DNA of 64,000 bases from a virus, in the IMG/VR virus record IMGVR_UViG_3300037083_000054, positions 1-64,000 of that record. One strand, 5' to 3'. Both the position numbers and the translations under genes were made by a program. This document shows positions 1-10,221 of the stretch, one piece after another (positions within the stretch are counted from its first letter, which is position 1; every line of letters begins with the position of its first letter). Under the pieces are notes generated by a model. That model had not been told where the DNA came from, did not search any database, and saw only the letters and a program-made list of their open reading frames with translations.

Positions 1-378
1 ATTGGCCAGTTCTGGATACGGTGCCCGATTGGCCAGTTCTGGAAACGATGCCCAATTGGCCAGTTCTGGAAACGATGCCCAATTGGCCAGTTCTGGAAAC
101 GGTGCCCAATTGGCCAGTTCTGGAAACGATGCCCGATTGGCCAGTTCTGGATACGATGCCCAATTGGCCAGTTCTGGATACGATGCCCAATTGGCCAGTT
201 CTGGATACGGTGCCCGATTGGCCAGTTCTGGATACGGTGCCCGATTGGCCAGTTCTGGAAACGATGCCCAATTGGCCAGTTCTGGATACGATGCCCGATT
301 GGCCAGTTCTGGATACGGTGCCCGATTGGCCAGTTCTGGAAACGATGCCCAATTGGCCAGTTCTGGATACGATGCCCG
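1..378 (+). repeat. Tandem 27-bp coding repeat, 14 copies
   Basis: Unit attggccagttctgga[t/a]acg[g/a]tgccc[g/a] repeated head to tail with no spacers. Confidence 0.95.
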
Positions 379-583
379 ATTGGAAATGTCGGGAGAAAAT
401 AGCATTGGAGCCATCGCCGCAAAAAATGGTCGCATCAAGGTCGGCTCGAAAGGTGCATTCGCGATTTCTTTCTGGACAGACGCGGATGGATGGCGATTTT
501 TGACCGGAAAAGTTGGCGAGAATGGAATCCTTGCTGATACGTGGTATCAGGTGAAGGATGGTCAGTTGGCGAAGTGCGAATGA
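2..583 (+). CDS. Phage repeat-containing protein (9-aa ASSG[YN][GD]A[RQ]L repeats), 5' end outside window
   Basis: 14 in-frame 9-aa repeats followed by a C-terminal ...GENGILADTWYQVKDG tail typical of phage low-complexity repeat proteins. Confidence 0.75.
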   Translation: MASSGYGARLASSGNDAQLASSGNDAQLASSGNGAQLASSGNDARLASSGYDAQLASSGYDAQLASSGYGARLASSGYGARLASSGNDAQLASSGYDARLASSGYGARLASSGNDAQLASSGYDARLEMSGENSIGAIAAKNGRIKVGSKGAFAISFWTDADGWRFLTGKVGENGILADTWYQVKDGQLAKCE

Positions 584-796
584 TGAGGACGAATGAAATG
601 CCACAAGACATTGAATTGCAATCCGGCGGATTCGAAATCGCGGCTCTCCGGCTGGCGTCGGCTCTAGAAGACTTCTCTGCCAAGATGGACGTTCAGATCA
701 AGCTTCAGACGCTCCTCATTGAACGCATGGAGCGAGTGTCCGACGCCTTCGTGAGAAGTTCTCTCCGAATTGAATCCGCAATAGGAAGGGGATCGC

Positions 797-1000
797 ATGT
801 CGATTGAACTCTCGAAAATCAAGATCGGTGATCCAGTCGCATTCCAAGAAGACAATGGCGAAATCGTTCGCGGGATTGTCGAGCGAGCATTTCCTGATCG
901 AGGCTGGCGAATTCTCGTGAAGTGGGATGACGGCCATGCATCGAGTGCCGTCTCATTGGATTCGGCGAGCCTAATTTCTGTCGGGGAGCAAAAACGATGA
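797..1000 (+). CDS. Small hypothetical phage protein
   Basis: RBS-like GGAAGGGG upstream; stop overlaps next start (ATGA). Confidence 0.55.
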   Translation: MSIELSKIKIGDPVAFQEDNGEIVRGIVERAFPDRGWRILVKWDDGHASSAVSLDSASLISVGEQKR

Positions 1001-1197
1001 AACTGACACTCTGGTGTGATGCCACAACTGAAGACGGCACAATCATTCCAATGGATTCCAAAGTGGAATACCGTGGGCACGTGATTGGAGGAATGCTCTC
1101 TGTCCTGGCGGTGATTGATGGCAAGGAAATACGAGCGGTGATTCATCCGGAAAATACCGTGGAATTGAGAACGACCAAAAACAGGAAAAGGAATTGA
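997..1197 (+). CDS. Small hypothetical phage protein
   Basis: GGAG RBS; coupled to neighbours. Confidence 0.55.
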   Translation: MKLTLWCDATTEDGTIIPMDSKVEYRGHVIGGMLSVLAVIDGKEIRAVIHPENTVELRTTKNRKRN

Positions 1198-1515
1198 ATG
1201 ATGAAAGGTTATACGCCGGGTCCGTGGGAAACGAACGAAATTAAAATGCATCCCACAGGCAATCCGGATGTCGATCGACCGTGTGCGGTTTATACGAAAT
1301 CGCGTCCGCAAAAGTTCATTTGTACCACACTGGACGCGGATGTTCGCCCATTGATTGACGAACAAAGTGCGGCTGACTGCCGACTGCTTGCAGCGGCTCC
1401 TGAATTGTTCCAGTGCTTGCAAGATCTCGTAAACGCGGCTGATGAGAATGATGCTGTATTTTTCCGAATCCAAGCCCGCAAAATTCTTGCAAAGGCCAAA
1501 GGAGACTCCCCATGA
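1198..1515 (+). CDS. Conserved phage hypothetical protein (TPGPW...LAAAPEL family)
   Basis: Characteristic YTPGPW N-terminus and LLAAAPEL motif. Confidence 0.7.
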   Translation: MMKGYTPGPWETNEIKMHPTGNPDVDRPCAVYTKSRPQKFICTTLDADVRPLIDEQSAADCRLLAAAPELFQCLQDLVNAADENDAVFFRIQARKILAKAKGDSP

Positions 1516-1837
1516 TCGAATTATCAATTCCGCAGCGAGTGCAAAATGGAATCGACTGGCTCGATTCGCAGATGGAGCGATTGGTTTGGTTCCCCACCCA
1601 ATCGGGGAGATATCTCGATGAGATTGATGAACTCAGTCGGAACTCTATTTAGGAAAGGGATTGATCATGATTACCAATCACGAATTCAACATTTAATTCG
1701 CAAAAGCTCCGGCCTCCGACAAATGATTTAACGCGGCGAACAGAAAATTGTTCGCCGCGTTCATTTTTACGTGAACCATTCCGATGAATCGTTCGTTGTA
1801 CTGAATACGAAGCCAAAAACAGCCGTAGGAGAAGTCC

Positions 1838-2176
1838 ATGTCGACGCAAATGATTGAGTCCAGCACGAATGCCGATATCATCATCACGATCACGCCAGAA
1901 ACGGTGGAAACGATCCGCACGAAAGCGAAGCTGGTGATGACGACTGCCCTGAAGGGAGTTGTCTGGGAAGATGGCGATGTCGTGGTCCGCGATGCTCATG
2001 AAACGATGTCGCCGTATGATTCGATGAAGACGCCGGAGCAATGGCATTGGACTGCCGGTGCAGAGATCGTGCAATACTTTGATTCATGTGCCATAAGAGG
2101 AGTGCTCATTTCCGATGCCGATTTGATAAAAGGTGTGGCTCGACTGATCTTTACTCATGATCCGGCAATGGTGTAA
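1838..2176 (+). CDS. Hypothetical protein
   Basis: AGGAG RBS; heads an operon-like run into rimI. Confidence 0.6.
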   Translation: MSTQMIESSTNADIIITITPETVETIRTKAKLVMTTALKGVVWEDGDVVVRDAHETMSPYDSMKTPEQWHWTAGAEIVQYFDSCAIRGVLISDADLIKGVARLIFTHDPAMV

Positions 2177-2178
2177 AC

Positions 2179-2664
2179 ATGCGACTTTTCGGCCAAAAAT
2201 CCATGACGACTCCAAGGGCTCACGTTCTCGTACGATGGGCAATCAGCCGTGATTTGCCGGAGATTCTGGAGATTGAGAACGAGTCGTTCGAATTTCCATG
2301 GACGCGAGAAGATTATCTGGGCACCCTGCGACGCCGAAACGTCATTGCTCTGGTTGCGGAAAGAAACGAATCCATTCTTGGATATGCAATCTATGAGTTA
2401 TTGAAAACTCAATTGCATCTGCTGAACTTCGCGGTTGCTCCGAAACATCGGCATACCGGTATCGGTTACTCGCTGGTCGAGAGGATGAAAAAGAAAATCC
2501 TGGAACAACGTCGAACGTCAATTGTGTTAGAGGTTCGCGAGACGAATCTCGACGCTCAGTTGTTCTTTCAGTCGCAAGGATTCGCGGCGACGAATGTATT
2601 GCGGAAGTATTATGACGACACAACTGATGATGCCTATCGAATGTGTTATGGAGTGGATGAATAA
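2179..2664 (+). CDS. rimI: RimI-like ribosomal-protein N-acetyltransferase (GNAT)
   Basis: EIENESFEFPW, LLNFAVAPKHRHTGIG (AcCoA motif A), LEVRETNLDAQLFF..QGF, RKYY...DAYRM. Confidence 0.88.
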   Translation: MRLFGQKSMTTPRAHVLVRWAISRDLPEILEIENESFEFPWTREDYLGTLRRRNVIALVAERNESILGYAIYELLKTQLHLLNFAVAPKHRHTGIGYSLVERMKKKILEQRRTSIVLEVRETNLDAQLFFQSQGFAATNVLRKYYDDTTDDAYRMCYGVDE

Positions 2665-2948
2665 TGGCAAAAATGCCGATCAAAGAAGCTGTGAATCATC
2701 CAGCTCATTATAATTCTGGAAACATTGAGGTCATCGAAGCGATCGAGGATTGGGGCCTCGGTTTCTGCGACGGAAACGTGGTTAAATATGTGGCCCGATT
2801 CCGACACAAGAATGGAATCGAAGATCTGAAGAAAGCCCAGTGGTATTTAAATCGTCTCATTCAAGAAGAGGAACAAAAGACATGCCCGAACAACGTGACA
2901 TCAATATCTTCAAAATCGCCCAAACCACAGTCGACCAAGCAGCCGTGA
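2664..2948 (+). CDS. DUF3310 domain phage protein
   Basis: VNHPAHY...IEVIEAI...GNVVKYVAR..HKNGIEDLKKAQWYL. Confidence 0.9.
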   Translation: MAKMPIKEAVNHPAHYNSGNIEVIEAIEDWGLGFCDGNVVKYVARFRHKNGIEDLKKAQWYLNRLIQEEEQKTCPNNVTSISSKSPKPQSTKQP

Positions 2949-3706
2949 AACAGTGGCTCGATTCGTTGGGTGCAACCGAATTCGAAATTCCTGATTCAGA
3001 TTCTGTGAGCGATCCTGCATTGCTCGTCGCATTAGCTGGAAAGCGGTGTTACATGAGTTTCGAAGCGGGTCTTAATCCAAACGTCACGCAGATTCGCAGC
3101 GACTATGTGAAATACTTCGACAACATTCTCGCGAGCGGCCACGGGTCGGTCCTTGAACACTCAGTCTTCACGTTCGCGATTGAGAATGTATCGCGTGTCT
3201 TCACAGCGGAAATGAACAGGCATCGTGCGGGTTGGGCGATCAGCGAAGGTTCCCTGCGGTTCATTCGTTTTGATAAGACGATTCCGTTTTGGATGCCGAC
3301 ATCGCTGCAAGATCAAGAGGGAGATCCCGAAGAGATCCTCAACAAAAAATACAATAGCCGCGAATTGTTCATGCAAGCGTTTCGGCACCAAGAAATCATT
3401 TACGGAGAATTATTGAAGATCTGGGACATGGAATCGACTGACAAAAACTTCGCCTACAAAAAACTGGTGACGAGTTGTCTCCGAAGAATTGTGGGGCTTG
3501 GAGTTGCAACTGGCGGTGTGTGGACCGGGAATGTCCGTGCTCTCCGTCATGTGTTGACGATGCGTTGTTCGCCGGTCGCAGAAGAAGAAATTTTGCATGT
3601 GTTCAGTCGGATTGCTCAGATGATTGCCGTGGAACAGCCGTTAATGTTCGGCGACTTTGCGAAGAGCGATGATGGTTACTGGCGTCCGAAGTATGTCGGC
3701 GTGTGA
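2882..3706 (+). CDS. thyX: FAD-dependent thymidylate synthase
   Basis: GHGSVLEH and RHRx7SxR motif (RHRAGWAISEGSLRF), WTGNVRALRH; start re-picked at ATG 2882 after GAGG. Confidence 0.9.
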   Translation: MPEQRDINIFKIAQTTVDQAAVKQWLDSLGATEFEIPDSDSVSDPALLVALAGKRCYMSFEAGLNPNVTQIRSDYVKYFDNILASGHGSVLEHSVFTFAIENVSRVFTAEMNRHRAGWAISEGSLRFIRFDKTIPFWMPTSLQDQEGDPEEILNKKYNSRELFMQAFRHQEIIYGELLKIWDMESTDKNFAYKKLVTSCLRRIVGLGVATGGVWTGNVRALRHVLTMRCSPVAEEEILHVFSRIAQMIAVEQPLMFGDFAKSDDGYWRPKYVGV

Positions 3707-4554
3707 TTGAAAGCGAATTTAAAATGCCATACTCCGAATCATACCACGAAGAAACCGACAGTCTTAGCTGCACTCAGTTCAAGCTGTTCGTCCATTCGCC
3801 GCTTGAATATTACCATACGTTCATCACGAAAAAGCTGGCGAAGAAAGAGGCGACGCGATTTACGGAAGTCGGTAAAGTCGTTCATGCGATCACATTGGAG
3901 AAAAAGAGTCTCGACGATCTCGTGCGTGTCTATCCGTCAAGCTGCATGAACAAAAAAGATGGATTAATTGGAAGTGCAGCGGCAGAGTTCCGAGAGAAGA
4001 TTTTTCCTGTCGTCGCGATGAAGGAAGATCAGATTGAGCAGATTGAGAAAGTCGTCGCAGCCGTCTATTCCAGTGATCTCGGCCCGATCGTGAACTCGGG
4101 AGCGAAGTTCGAGGAGCGATTGGATGCAATCGTTGAAGGCGTGGCGTGTCGGTGCAAGATCGACATCCACTCAGTTTTCGAGGATATGGTGCGGATTTGG
4201 GATGTGAAAACCACCGAACGGATTGCCCCAGCGGATTGGAATCGAACTGCCAAACAGTTTGGTTATCCCATTCAGGATGCGTTCTACAGTCTGATTGCCG
4301 AGACGCATTATGGATTGCCTTCGGTCTTTCGATTCTGGGCCGTCGAAACCGTGAAGCTGTATCGCGTTGAGACGAGATGGTTTGATGAGCGGAGCCGCGA
4401 AATCGCCAAGGATTTCGTTCGCAAGAAATTGAAAGAATTCGCAGCCCGAAAAGAGTCAGGCAATTGGAATGACGGATGGGAACCGACGATGGTGGTTGGT
4501 CCATGGGACTTTAATGAAGGCAATGATGATGAAGTTGTGGAGTTCGAAGGATGA
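3703..4554 (+). CDS. PD-(D/E)XK RecE/exonuclease VIII-like (DUF3799-type) nuclease
   Basis: YH..DSLSCTQFK, GKVVHAITLE, CKIDI...WDVKTT, GYPIQDAFY. Confidence 0.8.
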   Translation: MIESEFKMPYSESYHEETDSLSCTQFKLFVHSPLEYYHTFITKKLAKKEATRFTEVGKVVHAITLEKKSLDDLVRVYPSSCMNKKDGLIGSAAAEFREKIFPVVAMKEDQIEQIEKVVAAVYSSDLGPIVNSGAKFEERLDAIVEGVACRCKIDIHSVFEDMVRIWDVKTTERIAPADWNRTAKQFGYPIQDAFYSLIAETHYGLPSVFRFWAVETVKLYRVETRWFDERSREIAKDFVRKKLKEFAARKESGNWNDGWEPTMVVGPWDFNEGNDDEVVEFEG

Positions 4555-5064
4555 AAAAACTATGGGGCGTTCACTGTGATACGGAAACATGGTTTTATGG
4601 TTCGGAACAACAGGCGATTGATCAAGCTAATCGACTGCGGTCGTTCATTCATGAAACGTCAAAAGTGGATGGCGTATGGGACGGATGGGATCGGCCTACT
4701 ATTGAATCTGTTTGCGTATTCCGGGTTATTTTTTCCATGCAAGCCGTTAATCCAGGCGCTCATTATTCGCAGGTTGATTATCAACTGACATCGTTGGAGT
4801 GAACGATGACATTTTCGTTCAACTGCGGTGATTTTGAGGGACGAGCGGATACGATCGAAGAAATGCGATGGAAAATTCAGGCCAATGACGAACGCAGGCG
4901 AAATACTGACAGGATTGTGCAGTTGCGGGCGATTCGATGGGGCCATGAGTTCGGGCTGCGACGTGTGTGTGAATGTGGTTTGCGAGATGTTGATTTTCAT
5001 CTGAGCGATGAAGCGTTGCGGCGAATTTGTCCAGTAGCGGAACGAAAGTCGTTGGAGGCGAGAT

Positions 5065-5586
5065 ATGGCAAAAGCGAGCGATAAGCCGAGCGAGGAAATG
5101 TTCTCCAAATATGATCTCGGTTCAGGATTTTTGCGGTCGTCGGATATGGTGCATAACCAATCGTTTCGATCATTTCTATTGACGATCGACAAGTTTCATC
5201 CGGCGATGTCGCTGGAAGGGGCCGATAAGAAGCCGATTAAGCATCCGTGCCTTGGTTTCAAGGAAACAACCAAGTTGCTCGTGCTGAATTCCACGTCGCA
5301 AGAAGTGCTGCATATGGTGACGGGCGAATCAGACGGATTCAAAACAATCGGCCATAAAGTGCGAATTGAGGCCCGCGAAATCGAAGCATTTGGCGAGCGA
5401 TGTTACGGTTTGCGTCTGATGCCTTCGCCGGGAACGTTGATGCGGCGGGGTGTTAAGAAATTCTTGGGGAAGCCAGCGGTATTTGTTTGTTCGTCGAAGT
5501 CGAAAGAAGAAGGTGCAACTGATGGGAATTCCCAAGCCGGAGCGACTGAGTCAGGAACAGCAGAGAAAAAAGGCGACGGAAACTGA
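5065..5586 (+). CDS. Putative recombination/ssDNA-associated phage protein
   Basis: GGAGG RBS; lies between RecE-like nuclease and SSB; charged flexible tail; function inferred from position only. Confidence 0.4.
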   Translation: MAKASDKPSEEMFSKYDLGSGFLRSSDMVHNQSFRSFLLTIDKFHPAMSLEGADKKPIKHPCLGFKETTKLLVLNSTSQEVLHMVTGESDGFKTIGHKVRIEAREIEAFGERCYGLRLMPSPGTLMRRGVKKFLGKPAVFVCSSKSKEEGATDGNSQAGATESGTAEKKGDGN

Positions 5587-5768
5587 AGAGCAACTGTGGC
5601 GAAACTATTTTCGATTGACTAAGGCGGAAGGCGATTCTGCGTGTTTGCTTCGTCGGGCGATTTTGAAGAGAATCCGCGACCGGGATTTTTCGGAAGCCTA
5701 TATTCAAACGTCTTTCGCAGCCGACCCGGATTTTGACGACGAATGACATTCAACCGTAAAGGAACTTC

Positions 5769-6212
5769 ATGGCCTCGTTTAATCAAGTGACATTGATCGG
5801 CAATCTTACCCGTGATCCGCAACAGAAATTCCTTCAGAGTGGAACGGCCGTTTGCGAATTCGGCCTCGCGGTGAATTCGAGTTATACGAACAAATCCGGC
5901 CAGAAAGTCGAGGAGTGCTCGTTTTTCGAGGTGACGTTCTTCGGAAAGATTGCGGAAGTCTGCGGTCAGTATTTGACGAAAGGCAAACAAATCCTCGTCT
6001 CGGGGAAACTTAAACAAGAGACATGGGACGATAAGGAAACGGGAGCCAAGCGATCGAAAGTGAAAGTGATCGGCGAGTCGATGGTGATGCTCGGCGGAAA
6101 GTCCGGCGAGAACGGGAATCGACGCTCGGAATCTACCGAGGAAGGTGGTTCGTCCGGCGGTTCCTCGGAACCGGCATCGGACTATTCGAACAGTGACGAC
6201 GTTCCATTTTAA
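5769..6212 (+). CDS. ssb: Single-stranded DNA-binding protein
   Basis: FNQVTLIGNLTRDP, YLTKGKQILVSGKL..ETW, acidic C-terminal DDVPF. Confidence 0.95.
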   Translation: MASFNQVTLIGNLTRDPQQKFLQSGTAVCEFGLAVNSSYTNKSGQKVEECSFFEVTFFGKIAEVCGQYLTKGKQILVSGKLKQETWDDKETGAKRSKVKVIGESMVMLGGKSGENGNRRSESTEEGGSSGGSSEPASDYSNSDDVPF

Positions 6213-6222
6213 GGGATGATGA

Positions 6223-6471
6223 ATGCTGACGTATCGCGATATGCAAACCGAAGCCGAAGCGAAGCAGCGAGGTCGCGACCATGTGAATATCCGCTTCAGC
6301 AATGGGAAGGGGGCGGCATTCCGTGGTCTTGGTAAGACTCAGATTTATTTGATTCGCTGCCCGAAAGAGGATTGTGGCAGTGAGAACTATGCGTTGAACG
6401 TTTCCTCCGGCATCTGTTCAACATGCGGTTTCGATGTGTCGAAAGATGCCGAAAAAGAGACAGAATCATGA
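6223..6471 (+). CDS. Small Zn-ribbon protein
   Basis: CPKEDC...CSTCG. Confidence 0.55.
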   Translation: MLTYRDMQTEAEAKQRGRDHVNIRFSNGKGAAFRGLGKTQIYLIRCPKEDCGSENYALNVSSGICSTCGFDVSKDAEKETES

Positions 6472-6812
6472 GCATGAAATTGAGTGTCTATGTCGGCCCC
6501 TCTCTGGTGGCAGAGGACGTGTCGCAAGAACTGATCGAGTCGTTTGAGCACGTCATTCGTGACGGCGAAGGCGAAGCTCGTGATCATGATGATACGAGGC
6601 GGTATTTGACTCCCAATATCAAAGTACCTGGAATCACTCGGACGATGAGATTTGATGACTGCGATTATCCACGCCCGACAGATATCAGTATGGATCTCGT
6701 GCGACGGGAAACGGAAGCGTTTCGCAATATGACGTCGGCATTCCGAGACGCGATGTCGATTGTCGGCGGCGAATGCACAGTCGAATGGGGCATCGTCTGC
6801 GGGATTTTCTGA
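6468..6812 (+). CDS. Hypothetical protein
   Basis: ATGA overlap with upstream gene. Confidence 0.5.
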   Translation: MSMKLSVYVGPSLVAEDVSQELIESFEHVIRDGEGEARDHDDTRRYLTPNIKVPGITRTMRFDDCDYPRPTDISMDLVRRETEAFRNMTSAFRDAMSIVGGECTVEWGIVCGIF

Positions 6813-6852
6813 GTGGGCGATTTGCCAAAAAACAACAACAAAGGAATTGGAA

Positions 6853-7884
6853 ATGGTTGAAGCGGAATTGATCGTCACGTCGACGCAGCGAAAAGCCCAC
6901 AAGGAATGCGAGTTAGCTTGGAAACAGGGACAGAAAGAGGCCACGGGCTGCATTCCGAAAATGGCCATCAATCTCTACAAAATCCGGGAGATGGGCACAT
7001 GGAGTTTGGGTGGCTATAAGTCAATGAATGAGTATTTGGAAGGCGAGGGGTTTTCCTTCAGCCAGCCGCGAGGCATTCAGTTAATGAACGCGGGCGAAGC
7101 CTTGATCAAAATGGGTCTGCTCGCCGAGGAACGGGGAATTGAGATTGTGTTGCCATTCTCAGATGCTCATGCCCAGATGCTGCGGAAGATTGGCGACGAT
7201 GAATCGCAGTGGCTCGATGTGTGGACCGAGGCTCTCAAACAATCGGGCGGCAAGACGGACTCCATTACCAAAAAGATCTTGGAAAAGATTGCCGATCAAA
7301 TCCTGCCGAGTCGAACGCAGCCCGCTCGCGGTCGTCCGCCGACGGGAGGAGGCGGAAAATCGGAACAAAAACGAGTGGCCGTCAAAAAAAACAGTGAGGA
7401 ATTGCCGGAAGATTCGGCTCCTATCGCTCCGTCGATTGCGGTGCCGACAGCGGTCCCTGAAACGGAATATACCGGCAAGCCGTCAGGCGGAACGACATTC
7501 AATCCTGGAGAATTCGATGCCTCACAATCGGTCGACACCACGAATGCTCCGGCCTGTTTGAAAGAGGTGATTCCATCCGCTCTTGTTGTTCTCGCCCTCC
7601 AAAAAGACGTTGCCGCTCTCAAGAAACGCATTTTGGAATTCTCTGAATCGCCGGGCGGTTTTTATTTCCACAAACAAGATGCCGAGCGTCTCTGCGATCA
7701 GATCCGGGAGAACTTGAAGGAAGCGGTCTATGAGCGGATTTGTGCTGGATGCAAGGGTGAGCCAGTTAAGTCGTGCAAGCACTGTCAAGGATGCGGCTTT
7801 ACTTCTCATGGACAGGGTCGGACGCTAACGAAAGAAGATAAGGCGTGGCTGGCCAAGCAACCCTTTGAAGGGGAATATCGGTGA
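6853..7884 (+). CDS. Hypothetical replication-region protein with C-terminal Zn finger
   Basis: Long ORF, AAGGA RBS, CAGCKG..CKHCQGCG; overlaps helicase start. Confidence 0.6.
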   Translation: MVEAELIVTSTQRKAHKECELAWKQGQKEATGCIPKMAINLYKIREMGTWSLGGYKSMNEYLEGEGFSFSQPRGIQLMNAGEALIKMGLLAEERGIEIVLPFSDAHAQMLRKIGDDESQWLDVWTEALKQSGGKTDSITKKILEKIADQILPSRTQPARGRPPTGGGGKSEQKRVAVKKNSEELPEDSAPIAPSIAVPTAVPETEYTGKPSGGTTFNPGEFDASQSVDTTNAPACLKEVIPSALVVLALQKDVAALKKRILEFSESPGGFYFHKQDAERLCDQIRENLKEAVYERICAGCKGEPVKSCKHCQGCGFTSHGQGRTLTKEDKAWLAKQPFEGEYR

Positions 7885-9806
7885 CCGACGATTCATGGAT
7901 TGAAGACGCCATCGGGTCGGCCATTGATTATTCGGAAGCGGATCTGAACCCCGAAGTGCCAGTTGTTCCGAAGTTGATTCCTATCGTTCCGAAACCCGGC
8001 GGCACGGGATTCTTTCAATTACGTCCCTATCAGGAAGAATGCGTCGACGCGGTTTATCGCACTTGGCAGACTTATCAGTCGTGCCTAATGATTGCCCCAA
8101 CCGGGACCGGCAAGACGTGCATGCTTGCCGAAGTCGTGTTGCGTTGGCCAGATGATATGGGTCGAGTTCTTGTTATTGCTCATACGGAAGAATTGATTGA
8201 TCAGGCTGCAGAAAAAATCGGGATTCATTTAGATGAAGCAACCGGCATTGAAATGGGAGAGAGGAAAGAGTCAATTCATCCAGGAATAATGGGGCACCGA
8301 CCCAAGGTCGTGGTGGCTTCGATTCAAACTCTCTCACGACCAAAGCGACGAGCAAAACTGGACGGTCAGGTCGGGCTAATTGTATATGACGAAGCACATC
8401 ATTCCGTTTCGAAATCGGCTCGGGCTGTGCTGACTTATTTTCTCTTGCAAAATCCGCAATTGAGAATTCTTGGGCCGACAGCAACTCCTCAACGCGGGGA
8501 TAAAAAAGCTCTCGGTGATGTGTACGAATCGGTCGCCTATGAAATGAATCTTGTCGATGCGATTGATGAAGGATGGCTCGTTCCTATTGAGCAAAAGATT
8601 GTTGTCATCGAAGGATTGGATTTCAGTAAGTGCCGTAGTTTTGGCGGTGATTTAAATCAAGACGATCTTGCGACGGTCATGATGGGCGGATCGTCTTCAG
8701 TCATCGAAGCAACGTCAGAATTGACGCCAGTCCAGATTGAGCAGATTCAGCAACAGGAAAAAATGATTCATGCGGTCGTGAAGCCAACGATCGAGGAATC
8801 TCATGGGCGTCCAACAGTCGTATTTTGCGTGACAAAAGCTCACGCGAGATTGATGTGCGAAATCTTCAATCGTTATTTGCCATTTTCAGCAGAAGTCATT
8901 ACAGACGACACGCCAAAAGAAGATCGTCATTTGATTTTGAGAAAGTTCCGATCGGGGCAATTCCAGTTTTTGCTCAATTGCTCCGTTCTCAGTGAAGGAT
9001 TTGATTCGTTAGTCGATGTGATCGTCAATGCGGCACCTACGAAGTCCATCAGTCGCTATATGCAACGTATCGGACGTGGGACTCGCCCGCTGCCGGGAAT
9101 TGTTGATAAATGGAACACGGCAGAAGAACGCAAATGGGCGATTTCTGTTTCTGCGAAACCGGCAATGTCCGTGTTAGATTTCACGGGCGATTCTGGCAAG
9201 CACAACCTCATTACAGCCGTGGACGTTTTGGGGGGGGAATACGAAGAAAATATTATCGAAGCGGCGAAGGCTCGCTTGCGAAATGGCGATACCGCCGATG
9301 TTCAAGATGTTCTCGAAGAAATTGAACAGGAGATTGAGGACGAAAAGAAAAAAGCCCAAATGGAGAAAGAGGAGCGGGAGCGACTCGCCAAGGAACGTGC
9401 AGAAGCCGAGCGAATCAAACACGCAGCCGAAGCCTCACGCCGGGCATCCGTGAAGGCGGAAGTCCAATATCGCACTCAGGCGGTTGGCTTGTCGGGAGCG
9501 GTGGTTCCGCAACAGATTGGCATCGGCATGCGTCGGGGTGGAGCGACGGATAGTCAGGTCAAGTTTCTGATCCGATTGGGGATTTCGCATGAAAAGGCGT
9601 GCGAGTTCACGAAGGGGCAGGCGGGGGCGGTGATTGACAAGTTAAGTCAGCAGACGGGATCGAAGTATATCTTTCGGTTTGGGAAATATTGCGGGAACGA
9701 AATCGGTAAGTGTCCGACCGGTTATTTGAGTTGGGCCGCAGAGAATTTGAACGACCCAGACTTTAAGCGGAATTATCAAATGATGGTCCAAGAAAAGGTG
9801 TCGTGA
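7881..9806 (+). CDS. SF2 DEAD/DEAH-box helicase
   Basis: Q motif LRPYQ, Walker A APTGTGKT, DEAHH, TAT, SEGFD, QRIGRGTR. Confidence 0.92.
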   Translation: MTDDSWIEDAIGSAIDYSEADLNPEVPVVPKLIPIVPKPGGTGFFQLRPYQEECVDAVYRTWQTYQSCLMIAPTGTGKTCMLAEVVLRWPDDMGRVLVIAHTEELIDQAAEKIGIHLDEATGIEMGERKESIHPGIMGHRPKVVVASIQTLSRPKRRAKLDGQVGLIVYDEAHHSVSKSARAVLTYFLLQNPQLRILGPTATPQRGDKKALGDVYESVAYEMNLVDAIDEGWLVPIEQKIVVIEGLDFSKCRSFGGDLNQDDLATVMMGGSSSVIEATSELTPVQIEQIQQQEKMIHAVVKPTIEESHGRPTVVFCVTKAHARLMCEIFNRYLPFSAEVITDDTPKEDRHLILRKFRSGQFQFLLNCSVLSEGFDSLVDVIVNAAPTKSISRYMQRIGRGTRPLPGIVDKWNTAEERKWAISVSAKPAMSVLDFTGDSGKHNLITAVDVLGGEYEENIIEAAKARLRNGDTADVQDVLEEIEQEIEDEKKKAQMEKEERERLAKERAEAERIKHAAEASRRASVKAEVQYRTQAVGLSGAVVPQQIGIGMRRGGATDSQVKFLIRLGISHEKACEFTKGQAGAVIDKLSQQTGSKYIFRFGKYCGNEIGKCPTGYLSWAAENLNDPDFKRNYQMMVQEKVS

Positions 9807-9807
9807 T

Positions 9808-10221
9808 ATGGACAGTCATCAGGCTCTCGGCATCATCGCAATCGTCGCGTCCAAATCGAAGGATTTGAATCCTAACGACTTTCCGGGGATGTCGGATGAA
9901 ATCACTCTCGCGATGGCGAAGCCGCAGGAAGCGTTGAAATCGGCCTTGGAGACGGCGTTTCAGATCGACTGGGATATTCAACCGCTCTGGCCGTTTCTGA
10001 TTGCGAATGCGAAAGAACATTGTCGGAAACTGAAGTTGAAATCGTCGGTTCGCCAGATGAAGCTGGATATCGAATGGGCGTTGAAAGTTATGAACAATCA
10101 GGAAATTACAGACCTGCCTCAAACGACAATTGATAAGGCGAGCTTGATCTTGCAGCGAATGTGCGAAGTGGCAATGGGAGAGTTTCCAGTGATGAAGGAC
10201 GAACAGTGCGGAAGCCCCTGA
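9808..10221 (+). CDS. Hypothetical protein
   Basis: Abuts helicase, same strand. Confidence 0.55.
   Translation: MDSHQALGIIAIVASKSKDLNPNDFPGMSDEITLAMAKPQEALKSALETAFQIDWDIQPLWPFLIANAKEHCRKLKLKSSVRQMKLDIEWALKVMNNQEITDLPQTTIDKASLILQRMCEVAMGEFPVMKDEQCGSP

Noticed and set aside
1-378. CRISPR array or DGR template/variable repeat (all three variable sites involve A)
   Set aside because: Units are contiguous with no spacers and are in frame in a protein; no cas or reverse transcriptase gene in the window; variation is binary, not random A-to-N.
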